From contig CAYOHR010000004.1 of assembly GCA_964403835.1 (NCBI GenBank), positions 44,553-108,552 of the forward strand: a stretch of DNA of 64,000 bases, read 5' to 3'. This DNA is from an uncultured Flavobacteriales bacterium. GTDB lineage: Bacteria; Bacteroidota; Bacteroidia; Flavobacteriales_G; JALEGO01. Under the pieces are notes generated by a model. It searched no databases and was not told where the DNA came from. It saw nothing but the letters and a program-made list of their open reading frames with translations. Every line of letters begins with the position of its first letter. Position 1 is the first letter of the stretch. The position numbers and the translations under genes were made by a program. Below, piece after piece: positions 9,936 to 20,565 of this stretch.

Positions 9936-10349
9936 ATGGTATATATAACTAGAAGAGAACGTTTTAATGCGGCCCATAAATTATGGAATGAAAAATGGGA
10001 TCAAAAAACGAATGATGATATTTTTGGTAAATGCGCTAACCCTAACTGGCACGGGCATAATTATGATATGTATGTGACAGTAAAAGGCGAAATTAATCCG
10101 GATCGCGGATGGGTAATTGATTTAAAAGAACTAAGCCATTTGCTTAAAATAAAAATTGTAGATGTGCTGGATCATAAAAACCTGAATTTGGATGTTGATT
10201 TTATGAAAGATAAATGGGCTTCTACAGAGGTTTTAGCCATCGAAATTTGGAAACAAATTGAAACCGATATTAAAAAAATGGGAGCCACGTTACATTGTGT
10301 AAAATTGATGGAAACCGAAAATAATTACGCAGAATATTATGGGGAATAA
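9936..10349 (+). CDS. 6-pyruvoyl-tetrahydropterin synthase family protein (PTPS-II-type motif)
   Basis: [16 protein letters not shown] (C-x5-HGH), LDHKNLN, ASTEVLA, ETENN; overlaps the folE start. Confidence 0.9.
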   Translation: MVYITRRERFNAAHKLWNEKWDQKTNDDIFGKCANPNWHGHNYDMYVTVKGEINPDRGWVIDLKELSHLLKIKIVDVLDHKNLNLDVDFMKDKWASTEVLAIEIWKQIETDIKKMGATLHCVKLMETENNYAEYYGE

Positions 10350-10989
10350 GAAAAAGGCAAAAGTAATTACTCGTTTGTCACAAGATGATGATGAAAATTA
10401 TTCGGTAGAACATCGCTATAATGAAGCGGCAACAAAAAAACTGACCACCCATTTTCAAGGAATTATTAGTTTGATTGGGGAGGATGTAAAACGAGAAGGA
10501 TTAATAAAAACACCCGAAAGAGCGGCAAAGGCTATGCAGTTTTTAACACAGGGCTATCATCAGGACCCTGCCGAAATTCTTAAATCGGCTATGTTTAAAG
10601 AAGATTATAGTCAAATGGTTATTGTGAAAGACATTGAAGTATATTCTATGTGTGAACATCATCTTTTACCCTTTTTTGGAAAGGCGCACATTGCCTACAT
10701 ACCTAACGGTTATATTGTTGGTTTAAGTAAAATTCCACGTATTGTTGATGCTTTTTCGCGTCGATTGCAGGTGCAGGAGCGCTTAACCAACGAAATTCGC
10801 GATTGTATTCATGAAACATTAAAGCCCTTGGGAGTGGCTGTGGTTATAGAAGCAAAACATATGTGTATGCAAATACGGGGTGTTCAAAAACAAAATTCAG
10901 TAACCACTACTTCTGCTTTTAAAGGCGAATTTTTAAAAGAAGCAACACGGAAGGAGTTTATTTCATTAATTTCATCCAAATTGTCTTAG
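10339..10989 (+). CDS. folE: GTP cyclohydrolase I
   Basis: [51 protein letters not shown]. Confidence 0.97.
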   Translation: MGNKKKAKVITRLSQDDDENYSVEHRYNEAATKKLTTHFQGIISLIGEDVKREGLIKTPERAAKAMQFLTQGYHQDPAEILKSAMFKEDYSQMVIVKDIEVYSMCEHHLLPFFGKAHIAYIPNGYIVGLSKIPRIVDAFSRRLQVQERLTNEIRDCIHETLKPLGVAVVIEAKHMCMQIRGVQKQNSVTTTSAFKGEFLKEATRKEFISLISSKLS

Positions 10990-11195
10990 ATGTTAGATGT
11001 TAGATGATTAGATATTAGACTATTAGATGTTAGATTTTTAGACTCATAGATGTTAGATAACTAGAAATTCGAAACTATAAAACTCGAAACCCAAAACTCG
11101 AAACCCAAAACTCTAAACTCTAAACTCTAAACTCTAAACTCCAAACTCCAAACTCATAAACCAAAACTCCAAACTCATTAAACTCGAAACTCAAA
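10985..11195. repeat. Degenerate heptamer tandem repeat tract: (GATGTTA-like)n followed by (AAACTCN-like)n
   Basis: Fills the whole folE-fabD intergenic space, e.g. ttagatgttagatgttagatg... then aaactctaaactctaaactctaaactcc.... Confidence 0.9.
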
Positions 11196-12068
11196 ATGAA
11201 AGCATATATTTTTCCAGGACAAGGAGCTCAATTCCCAGGTATGGGTAAAGACTTATATCAGGCGAATAATCAAATTAAAAGTTTAATTGACCAGGCCGAT
11301 CAAATTTTGGGGTTTGAGTTATCTAAAATTATGTTTGAAGGATCTGAAGAGGAGCTAAAACAAACCAAAGTAACACAACCCGCTATTTTTTTGCACAGCA
11401 TTGCGGTTATTAAGTCTCTTACAAGCTTTAAACCCGATATGGTGGCAGGTCATTCTTTAGGAGAGTTTTCAGCCTTAGTTGCCAATGAATGTTTACGTTT
11501 TGAAGATGCTTTACAATTAGTTTTTCAACGGGCTTTAGCCATGCAAAAAGCATGTGAGCTACAACCCTCCACCATGGCTGCTATACTAGGTTTGGAAGAT
11601 GATGTAGTGGAGAAAATATGTAGTCAAATGCCGGGTGTCGTAATCCCTGCTAATTATAACAGCCCGGGTCAGTTAGTTATTTCGGGTGAAATAGCCGCTG
11701 TTACAGAGGCCTGTGAAAAATTGAAAGAAGCCGGAGCCAAAAGAGCGCTTTTACTGCCTGTGGGCGGAGCTTTCCACTCTCCGTTAATGGATTCGGCCAA
11801 ACTTCAATTGCAAGCCGCCATCGAAAAAACTTCTTTTCATACTCCTATTTGCCCAATTTACCAAAATGTGGATGCAAAACCATACACCGATTCGGTACGT
11901 ATTAAAGAAAATTTAATTAAGCAATTAACGGCTCCGGTACGTTGGACACAAACCGTTCAAAATATGATTGGAGATGGAGCCACGGAATTTATAGAAGCAG
12001 GTCCGGGCAAAGTATTACAAGGCTTGGTAAAAAAAATTAACCGAGAAATGGTGGCGGAAAGCGCCTAA
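11196..12068 (+). CDS. fabD: Malonyl CoA-ACP transacylase
   Basis: FPGQGAQ, TQPAIF, GHSLGE (catalytic Ser), ANYNSPGQLVISG, GAFHS, EAGPGKVL. Confidence 0.97.
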   Translation: MKAYIFPGQGAQFPGMGKDLYQANNQIKSLIDQADQILGFELSKIMFEGSEEELKQTKVTQPAIFLHSIAVIKSLTSFKPDMVAGHSLGEFSALVANECLRFEDALQLVFQRALAMQKACELQPSTMAAILGLEDDVVEKICSQMPGVVIPANYNSPGQLVISGEIAAVTEACEKLKEAGAKRALLLPVGGAFHSPLMDSAKLQLQAAIEKTSFHTPICPIYQNVDAKPYTDSVRIKENLIKQLTAPVRWTQTVQNMIGDGATEFIEAGPGKVLQGLVKKINREMVAESA

Positions 12069-12073
12069 AAAAA

Positions 12074-12823
12074 TTATAACGTATTATTCAATAATTTTCC
12101 ACCGGTAATCAACTTATGCAAACCCTCATGTTTTCTAGCATGTTGCGTTAATTCAATATGACCCATGTGATGACAATCGCTGCCAATAAATTGGTACATA
12201 TTGTTCTCGATCAAGTATTCAGCGGCTTTTTGTGTTTGTTGATTGTAATGTCCGGTTAAAGAATTGATATTTAACTGCAAAAATATGCCCTTATCAAACC
12301 ATTCATGAAATTTATCATAATTGTGGTGCCAGTATCCGTAGCGCTCAGGATGTGCCATAATTGGCTTGTAACCGTTCATTTGCAGCTCGAAAAGGGCTTC
12401 GGGTAGTAAACGGCCTTCCGAAACAAAAGAAAGCTCAAATAACACGTATTTATCACCAAAGGTGAGAATGTTTTTTTTCTCTAACTCTTCCATGAAATGT
12501 TGATCGAGAAAATATTCCGAAGCAGCCTCAATTTCAATGTTCATATTTCTTTTTACCAGCTCTTCCCGCACTTTATCTAAGCCCGCTCGAATAATATCTG
12601 GCGTATTCTTATAATAATCAATCATCGTATGGGGCGTGGTAATCACTTTTTTATATCCCAGTTTTATAAACTCCTCTATAAGGAACATACTATCATCCAT
12701 GGTTTGTGCTCCATCATCAATTCCGGGAATTAAATGAGAATGCATATCTACCTGAACAACGGATAAATCAATGGGTGGATTAGTAAATTTATTTTTTTTG
12801 AATAATTTTTCAAAGAATGACAT
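12074..12823 (-). CDS. PHP-family tyrosine-protein phosphatase (CpsB/CapC type)
   Basis: DMHSHLIPGIDDG, TTPH, AHPERY, GSDCH metal-binding motifs. Confidence 0.88.
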   Translation of the reverse strand: MSFFEKLFKKNKFTNPPIDLSVVQVDMHSHLIPGIDDGAQTMDDSMFLIEEFIKLGYKKVITTPHTMIDYYKNTPDIIRAGLDKVREELVKRNMNIEIEAASEYFLDQHFMEELEKKNILTFGDKYVLFELSFVSEGRLLPEALFELQMNGYKPIMAHPERYGYWHHNYDKFHEWFDKGIFLQLNINSLTGHYNQQTQKAAEYLIENNMYQFIGSDCHHMGHIELTQHARKHEGLHKLITGGKLLNNTL

Positions 12824-12873
12824 ACTGTAAAGTTAATAATCTTTTTATATCAAGCCCAATCGGGCTAAAGAAA

Positions 12874-13416
12874 TTACTTTTTGGGAGTCCTAAAAAATGA
12901 AAATTTTATACCTCCGTATTTACGCTCTTCAAAATAACCGGGCGTGTTCAAAAAACTCTTTTTTGCTTCGTGTTCCAGAATAAAAATTCCATCTTCTTTT
13001 AGTGTTTCTAACTCAAAAATGGTATTTATTAATTTTTCATATTCTTCAAATGCAAACGGGGGATCGGCAAAAATCAGATCATACTTTTGACTATCTCGTT
13101 TTAAAAATTGAAAAACATCTGATTTATAAGCTTTTATGGCGTTAAAATTAGATTTCTCAACCGTTTTTTGAATAAACTTAATGCATTCATAAGATTCATC
13201 TACCGCATATACTAAATGGGCTCCGCGCGAAGCAAATTCGTAACTGATATTTCCGGTGCCTGCAAACAAATCCAAAACAGTACATTCTTCAAAATCAACC
13301 CAATTATTCAAGATATTGAATAGCCCTTCTTTCGCAAAATCAGTAGTAGGTCTGGATGGAAGGCTTGCCGGCGCATCAATTCTTTTGCCTCTGTATTTTC
13401 CTGATATTATTCTCAC
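12874..13416 (-). CDS. rsmD: 16S rRNA (guanine966-N2)-methyltransferase
   Basis: MRIISGKYRG, RPTTD, VLDLFAGTGNIS, IFADPPF. Confidence 0.92.
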   Translation of the reverse strand: MRIISGKYRGKRIDAPASLPSRPTTDFAKEGLFNILNNWVDFEECTVLDLFAGTGNISYEFASRGAHLVYAVDESYECIKFIQKTVEKSNFNAIKAYKSDVFQFLKRDSQKYDLIFADPPFAFEEYEKLINTIFELETLKEDGIFILEHEAKKSFLNTPGYFEERKYGGIKFSFFRTPKK

Positions 13417-14219
13417 AAAGTATGGGTTAAAAGAGCTACAGCACTGGTTGTGTGAGATGGAATATGGATAAATTTATCCCATTTTTCAATTTTTGCAATA
13501 TAATGATTTAATATTTCTGTTTCTTCTGCCTCATTTTCTGTATAACCCGCCAAAAGTAAAGAAATTTCATTTTTATCTAAATTAAATTCATTATATACCA
13601 ATAAGGTATAGTAGGCAATATCAGCGCCTGTTGCATACTCAAACTGATTACAGAAATGGAGTTTTAAATCTTCACAATACATTAAAGTAATGTGTGTTGA
13701 ATCTTTTACCAGCAAAACGCCCTTTTTAAATTTATTAAAAATAAATGGCAGATTTTTTAAGATAAAATATAAATCGTTTCCTAAAACGGCAGAAGGTAAG
13801 GTGCTTTGTAAAAAACGATGCAATTCCTGGTCGATCGAAAAGATCAATTTACAGTCTAACCAATCAATATTTTGAGGCACTAATTTTTTATGGGTAATGT
13901 CGGCAATGGGCTTAAAATAATCTTCTAGATGATCCTCAGAATATAGCGGATTTGGAATTAATACAAAAGGTGTTTTTCCTCTATTTATTTCAATAAAGGT
14001 TTGATGAAAAGCCTTTTTAAAAATAGATCTTTTTTCAAGCATGTCTTTCATTTCTTCTATCATCAAAGTAGATTGTAGCGAATTAAAAACAAGCTCTTCA
14101 AAAACAAGCAATTCTTTTTCTTTTGAATGAATAAAGCAATAAAGCGATTTTTGATTGATTACAAAAGAAAGCTTCGAAACAGAGGGATCTATGTTAGAAA
14201 ATGAAACTATACTCATCAA
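13413..14219 (-). CDS. DUF3822 family protein
   Basis: FVLIPNPLY, HFCNQFEY and DIAYYTL motifs, plus the 4-nt overlap with rsmD typical of Bacteroidota. Confidence 0.7.
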   Translation of the reverse strand: MMSIVSFSNIDPSVSKLSFVINQKSLYCFIHSKEKELLVFEELVFNSLQSTLMIEEMKDMLEKRSIFKKAFHQTFIEINRGKTPFVLIPNPLYSEDHLEDYFKPIADITHKKLVPQNIDWLDCKLIFSIDQELHRFLQSTLPSAVLGNDLYFILKNLPFIFNKFKKGVLLVKDSTHITLMYCEDLKLHFCNQFEYATGADIAYYTLLVYNEFNLDKNEISLLLAGYTENEAEETEILNHYIAKIEKWDKFIHIPSHTTSAVALLTHTL

Positions 14220-14318
14220 TAAAAGGGTTCCTCTTTAAATAATTTAAATAACAGGTTAATTATGCCTCTAAACTTTTCAAAGGCTTTATGTATGCGAAAT
14301 TAATGTTTTTAAGTATTA

Positions 14319-16415
14319 TTACCGAATTAATAGAAAAGAACCTCTTCGTTGTAAAACATCTCCCGCCGAATTTTTAAATTGTAAAAAATACGAATAGTAT
14401 CCAATGGGTGCATTGTAACCCCCTCCATCCCAACCATCTAAAGGGTTTGTTGTTGAGTAAATAGAAGTGCCCCATCGATCATAAATGGTAAATTCGTATT
14501 CTCTTTTATCTACAAAACTAATGATGGGTTTAAATACATCGTTAATATCGTCGAAGTCAGGAGTAAACGCTGTCGGAACCCATACTATTTCTTCCAGTCC
14601 TAAACATACTTTATTGGAGTTACATGATTCTTTAAATCCGTAAACATTATTGGTTTTACTCTCTTGTGCGTTTATGTAGTAACAAAATTTCCCGTTATTT
14701 TCCAGTAATTTCTCCACTTCATCTTTAAATTTAGAAGTGGTATTTACAAAACTATCTAGTTCAACAAAATTTTGATTATTGTTTAAACTTCTATATAAAA
14801 CATATTGATTTACTCTGCTTCCAGCATGTTCAAAGCCTCCATAGCCGTTCCATTTTAGAGATGTGTAAAATTCCAAATCATTTTTTTCACCGGTTATTCT
14901 TACCGTATTGGAGGTATCAGAAAAATAATATTCATTTTTACAGCTATCTAGGGCACTAATCATATAGTAATAAATATTAGTATCTGCTTGTACATTGCGG
15001 TCTTTAAATTTATAAAGGGTATCTGTTTTTGTAGGTAAGATGGTATCTACCGGTTCAAATAAAGAATCGGGGTGAATGGACTTTTTTATTAAATAACCCG
15101 TAGCCTCACTTTTTTTAGGAACATAAAATTTGATCACAACTTGATCTGAGTCTTCCACATGTAAACATGTGATATAAATATCCTTTGGAAGCTCTATTGA
15201 AGAGGTTTTTAAACATACTTGGTTCGATGAAGAGGTTGTAGAAAATCCCACTTGTTTTGCTCTTATGGTATAACAATATTGCGTGCCGGGCTTCACATTT
15301 TGATGAGTATATTCATTCACATTTCCATCCACAGTGCCAACCCTTTTCCATGGGCCGCCATTTTCTTGAGCCTCAATATAATAATCTTGCACAGCATTCC
15401 ATCCAACATAAGGAGTCCAGGTTAAATCAATTTTCTTTTCACAATTATTAGGAACTGCTTTTACAAATATGGTGGAGTGTAAAATACCTGTTGAACTGGT
15501 GTTATAAGAGAGTGGATTTCCGTTAGCACAGGTATCTATGGCTGCTACCCCGTATTTTACCGAATGTGTATTTGGATTTCCATTGGGATCTATGAAAGAA
15601 ATGCTGTTTTTTCCTATCACGGTTGCAATAATTACTTGGTCACGCACTATCACGTATCCTCTAATATCTCCGGAGCCGTCCGGTGTCCATTTTAAGAAAA
15701 CCTCATTGCTGGCCGGATTAACACTAATGGAATCAATTAAGGGTGTGCCGGGTGCCCGTTTATCAAAGATTAATTTTTTAGCTAAAGAAGAAACAGATTT
15801 ACAACCTGAAACATCGGTTTGTTCAACCGTAAAATATAAAGTATCGTTACATACTTTTTTTGTATCAGCGTAGGTTTCAGTGCCAAAAAATGTATTTCCA
15901 ACGTTTGCCCAAACGCCATTAAATGCTTTCCGACGATGAATATCATACGAATTACTTGTCGAGGCTAATTTTGGAGTTTTTATGGGATTCCAATCAATGC
16001 TTGCAAATCCATCCGCAACAGGCAGGTTATTATTTACTGTCAAAAACATGGTTTGAAGTGTGTCGGAAGCAGGAGTATACAAGGGGTTTGCACCTGAAGT
16101 ATACTCAACAATTAACATGTAGTATCTTATACCTAAATGAGCATTGGCTCCTGTGTGCGTAAATGAAGTGGTTGCTATATTGGGTATAAAGTCGGGCAGT
16201 AAAGTAAAATTAACGTTGTCGGTTGAATACCAAATTTGATATTGATCAAATGCATTTCCGGGGGCAGGAACATATTGCATCCAAGTAATGGTTACATCAC
16301 CATTTGGAGCCACAGCCAAACATCGAATGTCGGGCTTGGATTGTGAGAATAAAAATTTGCTAGATAATGTAAGTAAAAAGCAAATTGTAATAACCTTGAT
16401 ATGAAGATTCATCAA
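14319..16415 (-). CDS. T9SS cargo with FN3-like repeats and type B (gliding-motility-associated) CTD
   Basis: Signal peptide, repeated W...Y.I...F...D..A....YY.I.A.D.C modules, C-terminal VPTAFTPDFDDINDVF..IYDRWG..GWDG..Y. Confidence 0.85.
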   Translation of the reverse strand: MMNLHIKVITICFLLTLSSKFLFSQSKPDIRCLAVAPNGDVTITWMQYVPAPGNAFDQYQIWYSTDNVNFTLLPDFIPNIATTSFTHTGANAHLGIRYYMLIVEYTSGANPLYTPASDTLQTMFLTVNNNLPVADGFASIDWNPIKTPKLASTSNSYDIHRRKAFNGVWANVGNTFFGTETYADTKKVCNDTLYFTVEQTDVSGCKSVSSLAKKLIFDKRAPGTPLIDSISVNPASNEVFLKWTPDGSGDIRGYVIVRDQVIIATVIGKNSISFIDPNGNPNTHSVKYGVAAIDTCANGNPLSYNTSSTGILHSTIFVKAVPNNCEKKIDLTWTPYVGWNAVQDYYIEAQENGGPWKRVGTVDGNVNEYTHQNVKPGTQYCYTIRAKQVGFSTTSSSNQVCLKTSSIELPKDIYITCLHVEDSDQVVIKFYVPKKSEATGYLIKKSIHPDSLFEPVDTILPTKTDTLYKFKDRNVQADTNIYYYMISALDSCKNEYYFSDTSNTVRITGEKNDLEFYTSLKWNGYGGFEHAGSRVNQYVLYRSLNNNQNFVELDSFVNTTSKFKDEVEKLLENNGKFCYYINAQESKTNNVYGFKESCNSNKVCLGLEEIVWVPTAFTPDFDDINDVFKPIISFVDKREYEFTIYDRWGTSIYSTTNPLDGWDGGGYNAPIGYYSYFLQFKNSAGDVLQRRGSFLLIR

Positions 16416-16526
16416 TATTAACTAATAACCTTATAACGAAAAAAAAGTAAAAAGGATGCCTCGTTAGTTATTAAATTTTAATTTTATTAAATTGTTAACA
16501 AATTGAGAAAATACTTTAAAAGCGTT

Positions 16527-19301
16527 TTATAGCTTTTGCATTACCTCTGTTTCTTCGTATCCTTCAATAATATCGCCTACTTTAATATCATTAAATTTTT
16601 CGATATTTAAACCACATTCGTATCCGGCGGCTACTTCTTTTACATCATCTTTAAATCGTTTTAAAGAGCCTAACATTCCTGTGTATAAAACAATACCATC
16701 TCGTATTAAACGAATTTTAGTTTTTCTGGTTACTTTTCCGTCTAAAACATAACATCCGGCAACGGTTCCTACATTTGTAATTTTAAATACATCGCGTACT
16801 TCAATATTACAAACTATTTTTTCTTCAATTTTAGGAGCCAACATACCTTCCATGGCTGCTTTTACTTCTTCAATGGCATCGTAAATAACAGAATATAAAC
16901 GCACATCAATTTCTTCTTTTTCAGCTAATTTTCGAGCGCTATTAGAAGGTCTAACCTGGAAACCTAAAATAATAGCATCCGAAGCAGAAGCTAACAATAC
17001 ATCCGATTCAGAAATTTGTCCGACAGATTTATGAATAACATTTACTTGAATTTTTTCGGTCGATAATTTTAGTAAAGAGTCTGCCAAAGCTTCTATCGAA
17101 CCATCTACGTCTCCTTTTACGATCACGTTTAATTCTCTGAAGTCTCCAATGGCTAATCTTCGGCCAATTTCATCTAAGGTGATATGTTTTTGAGAGCGGA
17201 TGCCCTGCTCACGAACTAATTGTTGGCGTTTAAAGGCAATACTTTTAGCTTCTTTTTCATCTTCCATTACATTAAAGCGATCGCCTGCACTAGGTGCTCC
17301 ATCTAAACCTAAAACAGAAACCGGACTAGAAGGACCTGCTTGCATAACCTTTTCGCCTTTTTCGTTAAACATAGCTTTTATCTTTCCCCAATGACTTCCT
17401 GCAACTACGGCATCGCCAATTTTTAAGGTTCCGGATTGAACTAATAAGGTCGATACATATCCTCTTCCTTTATCCAAAGAAGATTCGATAACAGAGCCTA
17501 TGGCTAATTTATTTGGGTTTGCTTTTAAATCTAAAAGTTCAGCCTCCAGTAATACTTTTTCTAATAATAAATCGATGTGTAAGCCTTTTTTAGCTGATAT
17601 TTCCTGGCTTTGATATTTTCCACCCCAGTCTTCTACTAAAATGTTCATCGTAGAAAGCTCTTCTTTTATTTTATCAGTATTAGCGCCTGGTTTATCAATT
17701 TTATTGAAAGCAAATATCATAGGGACACCCGCTGCCTGAGCGTGATTAATGGCTTCACGTGTTTGAGGCATTACGCTATCATCTGCTGCTATTACAATAA
17801 TTGCAATATCTGTAATTTGAGCTCCACGAGCACGCATAGCGGTAAATGCTTCGTGACCAGGAGTATCTAAAAATGTAATTTTTCCATCGCCAACTTGCAC
17901 GCTGTAAGCACCAATATGCTGGGTAATTCCACCCGCTTCGCCACTTATAACATTCGTTTTTCTAATATAATCTAGTAAGGATGTTTTACCATGATCTACG
18001 TGTCCCATTACGGTTACAATAGGAGGTCTGCTCATTAAATCTTCAGGTTTATCAACAACTTGTTGAATAGATTCCTGAACTTCAGCAGTGGTAAACTCAA
18101 CTTTAAAACCAAATTCTTCGGCAACAATTGAAAGTGTTTCGGCATCTAATCGTTGATTGATAGATACAAACATTCCCAATGACATACATGCGGAAATAAT
18201 TTCAGTAACAGGTACGCTCATCATATTGGCCAGTTGATTAGCTGTAACAAATTCGGTAACCTGTAAAGTACTTTTATCTATTTCTTTTTGTTTCTCGCTT
18301 TCTTCTAATTGTTGATTGATCGATTCACGTTTCGCTTTTCTGTGTTTAGAAGACTTAGATTTACCTTTAGAGCTTAATCTTGCTAAGGTTTCTCTTATTT
18401 CTTTCTGAATTTTATCAGGATCAACAACTGTGGGAGTAGGAGCAACATAAACTCTTCTGGATGCAGGGTCTCCCGGTGCAAATTCTTTTTTCTTGTTTTG
18501 AGTTATTTCTTTGCTGGCTTTATCTAAATCGATCTTATTTGGACCGGTTTTAATGATTCGTTTTCGTTTTTTACGTTCTAAATCATCTTTTGCTTTTTGT
18601 TCTGCGCTAACAAAACCAGGGGTTCTTTTCTTTTCAGCAGGTAAATCAATTCTGCTCAAAATTTTTGGGCCTTCTAATCGATCAACTTTAACCCGAATGG
18701 TGGTATCAATTGCTTCTGCGGGACTAGCGGGCTTTGCTTCCGGCTCAATCACCTCTTCCTTTTTTTCTTCTACCTTAACTTTTTCTTCTACAATAGCTTG
18801 TACCGGTGGCTCTGGAGTTACTACTACTTCTTCTTTAACTTTAGCAACTGGAGCTTCCTTTTCTTTTTCTTTTTTAGGTTTTTTTGCAAATTTATCAAGA
18901 TCAATTTTACCAACAATGGTTACGTTTTTCTCTTCCACTTGTTTCTCTTCCACTTGTTGAACAACGGTCGGTGTTTTAAACTCAGAAACAGCGTTTTCTA
19001 AATTTTTTATAACAATGTCTTCCTGTTCTTCCTCAACTTTTCTTGAAGGCTGCGGTTGAGCAGGAGTATCCTCTACCGTTTCTTTTTTTGCATTTAAACC
19101 CAATGTGTTAGATTCTTCTCTAACTATTTTATCTGCCTGAAATGAGCCTGATAATAAATCATACATTTCAGGGGTTATTTTTGCATTGGGATTAGGTTCA
19201 ACCTCATGTCCTTTGTCGAATAAAAAATCAACAATAGTACCTACAGAGAGGTTGAATTCTCTAGCAACTTTACTTAATCGTTTTACGGAGACCTCAGTCA
19301 T
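16527..19301 (-). CDS. infB: Translation initiation factor IF-2
   Basis: RPPIVTVMGHVDHGKTSLLD, DTPGHEAF, NKID, KGDVDGS, SLKRFKDDVKEV. Confidence 0.99.
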   Translation of the reverse strand: MTEVSVKRLSKVAREFNLSVGTIVDFLFDKGHEVEPNPNAKITPEMYDLLSGSFQADKIVREESNTLGLNAKKETVEDTPAQPQPSRKVEEEQEDIVIKNLENAVSEFKTPTVVQQVEEKQVEEKNVTIVGKIDLDKFAKKPKKEKEKEAPVAKVKEEVVVTPEPPVQAIVEEKVKVEEKKEEVIEPEAKPASPAEAIDTTIRVKVDRLEGPKILSRIDLPAEKKRTPGFVSAEQKAKDDLERKKRKRIIKTGPNKIDLDKASKEITQNKKKEFAPGDPASRRVYVAPTPTVVDPDKIQKEIRETLARLSSKGKSKSSKHRKAKRESINQQLEESEKQKEIDKSTLQVTEFVTANQLANMMSVPVTEIISACMSLGMFVSINQRLDAETLSIVAEEFGFKVEFTTAEVQESIQQVVDKPEDLMSRPPIVTVMGHVDHGKTSLLDYIRKTNVISGEAGGITQHIGAYSVQVGDGKITFLDTPGHEAFTAMRARGAQITDIAIIVIAADDSVMPQTREAINHAQAAGVPMIFAFNKIDKPGANTDKIKEELSTMNILVEDWGGKYQSQEISAKKGLHIDLLLEKVLLEAELLDLKANPNKLAIGSVIESSLDKGRGYVSTLLVQSGTLKIGDAVVAGSHWGKIKAMFNEKGEKVMQAGPSSPVSVLGLDGAPSAGDRFNVMEDEKEAKSIAFKRQQLVREQGIRSQKHITLDEIGRRLAIGDFRELNVIVKGDVDGSIEALADSLLKLSTEKIQVNVIHKSVGQISESDVLLASASDAIILGFQVRPSNSARKLAEKEEIDVRLYSVIYDAIEEVKAAMEGMLAPKIEEKIVCNIEVRDVFKITNVGTVAGCYVLDGKVTRKTKIRLIRDGIVLYTGMLGSLKRFKDDVKEVAAGYECGLNIEKFNDIKVGDIIEGYEETEVMQKL

Positions 19302-19323
19302 TATTATATTTTAATTTTAAACC

Positions 19324-20559
19324 TTATTCAAATTCTGATTTCAAGATAGAAATTACTTCTTTTACAGTTTCTTCTTCTAAATCAGTTCGTTTTACTAAAT
19401 CTTCTAGGCCAAGTTCTAGAACACTTCTTGCTGAGTCACAGCCAATTGCTTTTAACTCATCAATAATCCAGTGATCAATTTCATCTGCAAATTCATCTAA
19501 ATCCACATCTTCAAATTCTTCAACCGATTCTCTAAACACATCTAATTCATACCCGGTTAATTTACCGGCTAATTTAATGTTATGCCCACCTTTTCCAATA
19601 GCCAGAGATACTTGATCGGGTTTTAAAAATACGTTTGCTCTTTTATTTACATCATCTATTTCAATGGAAGTGATTTTTGCAGGGCTTAAAGCACGGCTAA
19701 TGTATAAAAGTGTATTGTTTGTATAGTTAATGACATCAATGTTTTCATTTCTCAACTCACGAACAATGCCATGGATACGAGATCCTTTCATCCCAACACA
19801 TGCTCCAACAGGGTCAATTCTATCATCATAAGATTCAACCGCTACTTTTGCTCTTTCACCGGGCTCTCTCACAATATTTTTGATGGTAATTAATCCATCA
19901 AAAACTTCCGGAACTTCCCGCTCAAATAATCTTTCTAAGAACAATGGAGAAGTTCTGGAAAGGATAACAATAGGAGTATTGTTCCGCATTTCCACGCGAG
20001 CAACCACTGCTGTTAGCGAATCTCCCTTTTTGTAAAAATCACTTGGGATTTGCTCTGATTTTGGTAATACTAACTCATTACCATCCTCATCTAAAATGAG
20101 TAATTCTTTTTTCCAAACCTGGTGAACCTCACCTGAAATAATCTCTCCAACACGATCTTTATATTTCTTATAAATCCCTTCTTTTTCTAATTCGCTAATG
20201 CGGGCAGCCAAATTTTGACGCATTGCTAAGATAGCTCGTCTTCCAAAATCGTTAATTTGAATTTGTTCTGCAAAGTCTTCACCTACTTCAATATCAGGTA
20301 TTTGCTTTACTGCTTCAGAATATTCAATTTCATTCCATTCAAAATCAATATCTCCATCGGCAACAACTATTCGGTATCTAAATAGTTCCAAATGGCCTTT
20401 GTCGACGTTCATAATAACATCAAATTTTCCTTCTTCACCAAATTTCCGTTTCATCATTCCAGAAAACACATCAATCAAAATACTGGTCATCGTCTCTCGA
20501 TCGATATTTTTTATGTCTTTAAAGTCTGAAAATGAATCAATTAAATCTTCGCTGTTCAT
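19324..20559 (-). CDS. nusA: Transcription termination/antitermination factor NusA
   Basis: VREPGERAKVAV, DPVGACVGMKGSRI, SLAIGKGGHNIKLA. Confidence 0.99.
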   Translation of the reverse strand: MNSEDLIDSFSDFKDIKNIDRETMTSILIDVFSGMMKRKFGEEGKFDVIMNVDKGHLELFRYRIVVADGDIDFEWNEIEYSEAVKQIPDIEVGEDFAEQIQINDFGRRAILAMRQNLAARISELEKEGIYKKYKDRVGEIISGEVHQVWKKELLILDEDGNELVLPKSEQIPSDFYKKGDSLTAVVARVEMRNNTPIVILSRTSPLFLERLFEREVPEVFDGLITIKNIVREPGERAKVAVESYDDRIDPVGACVGMKGSRIHGIVRELRNENIDVINYTNNTLLYISRALSPAKITSIEIDDVNKRANVFLKPDQVSLAIGKGGHNIKLAGKLTGYELDVFRESVEEFEDVDLDEFADEIDHWIIDELKAIGCDSARSVLELGLEDLVKRTDLEEETVKEVISILKSEFE

Positions 20560-20565
20560 GATTAA

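Noticed and set aside
14319-16415. Type B cargo without an adjacent PorP/SprF gene
   Set aside because: Partners are often encoded elsewhere, so this is uninformative from one window.
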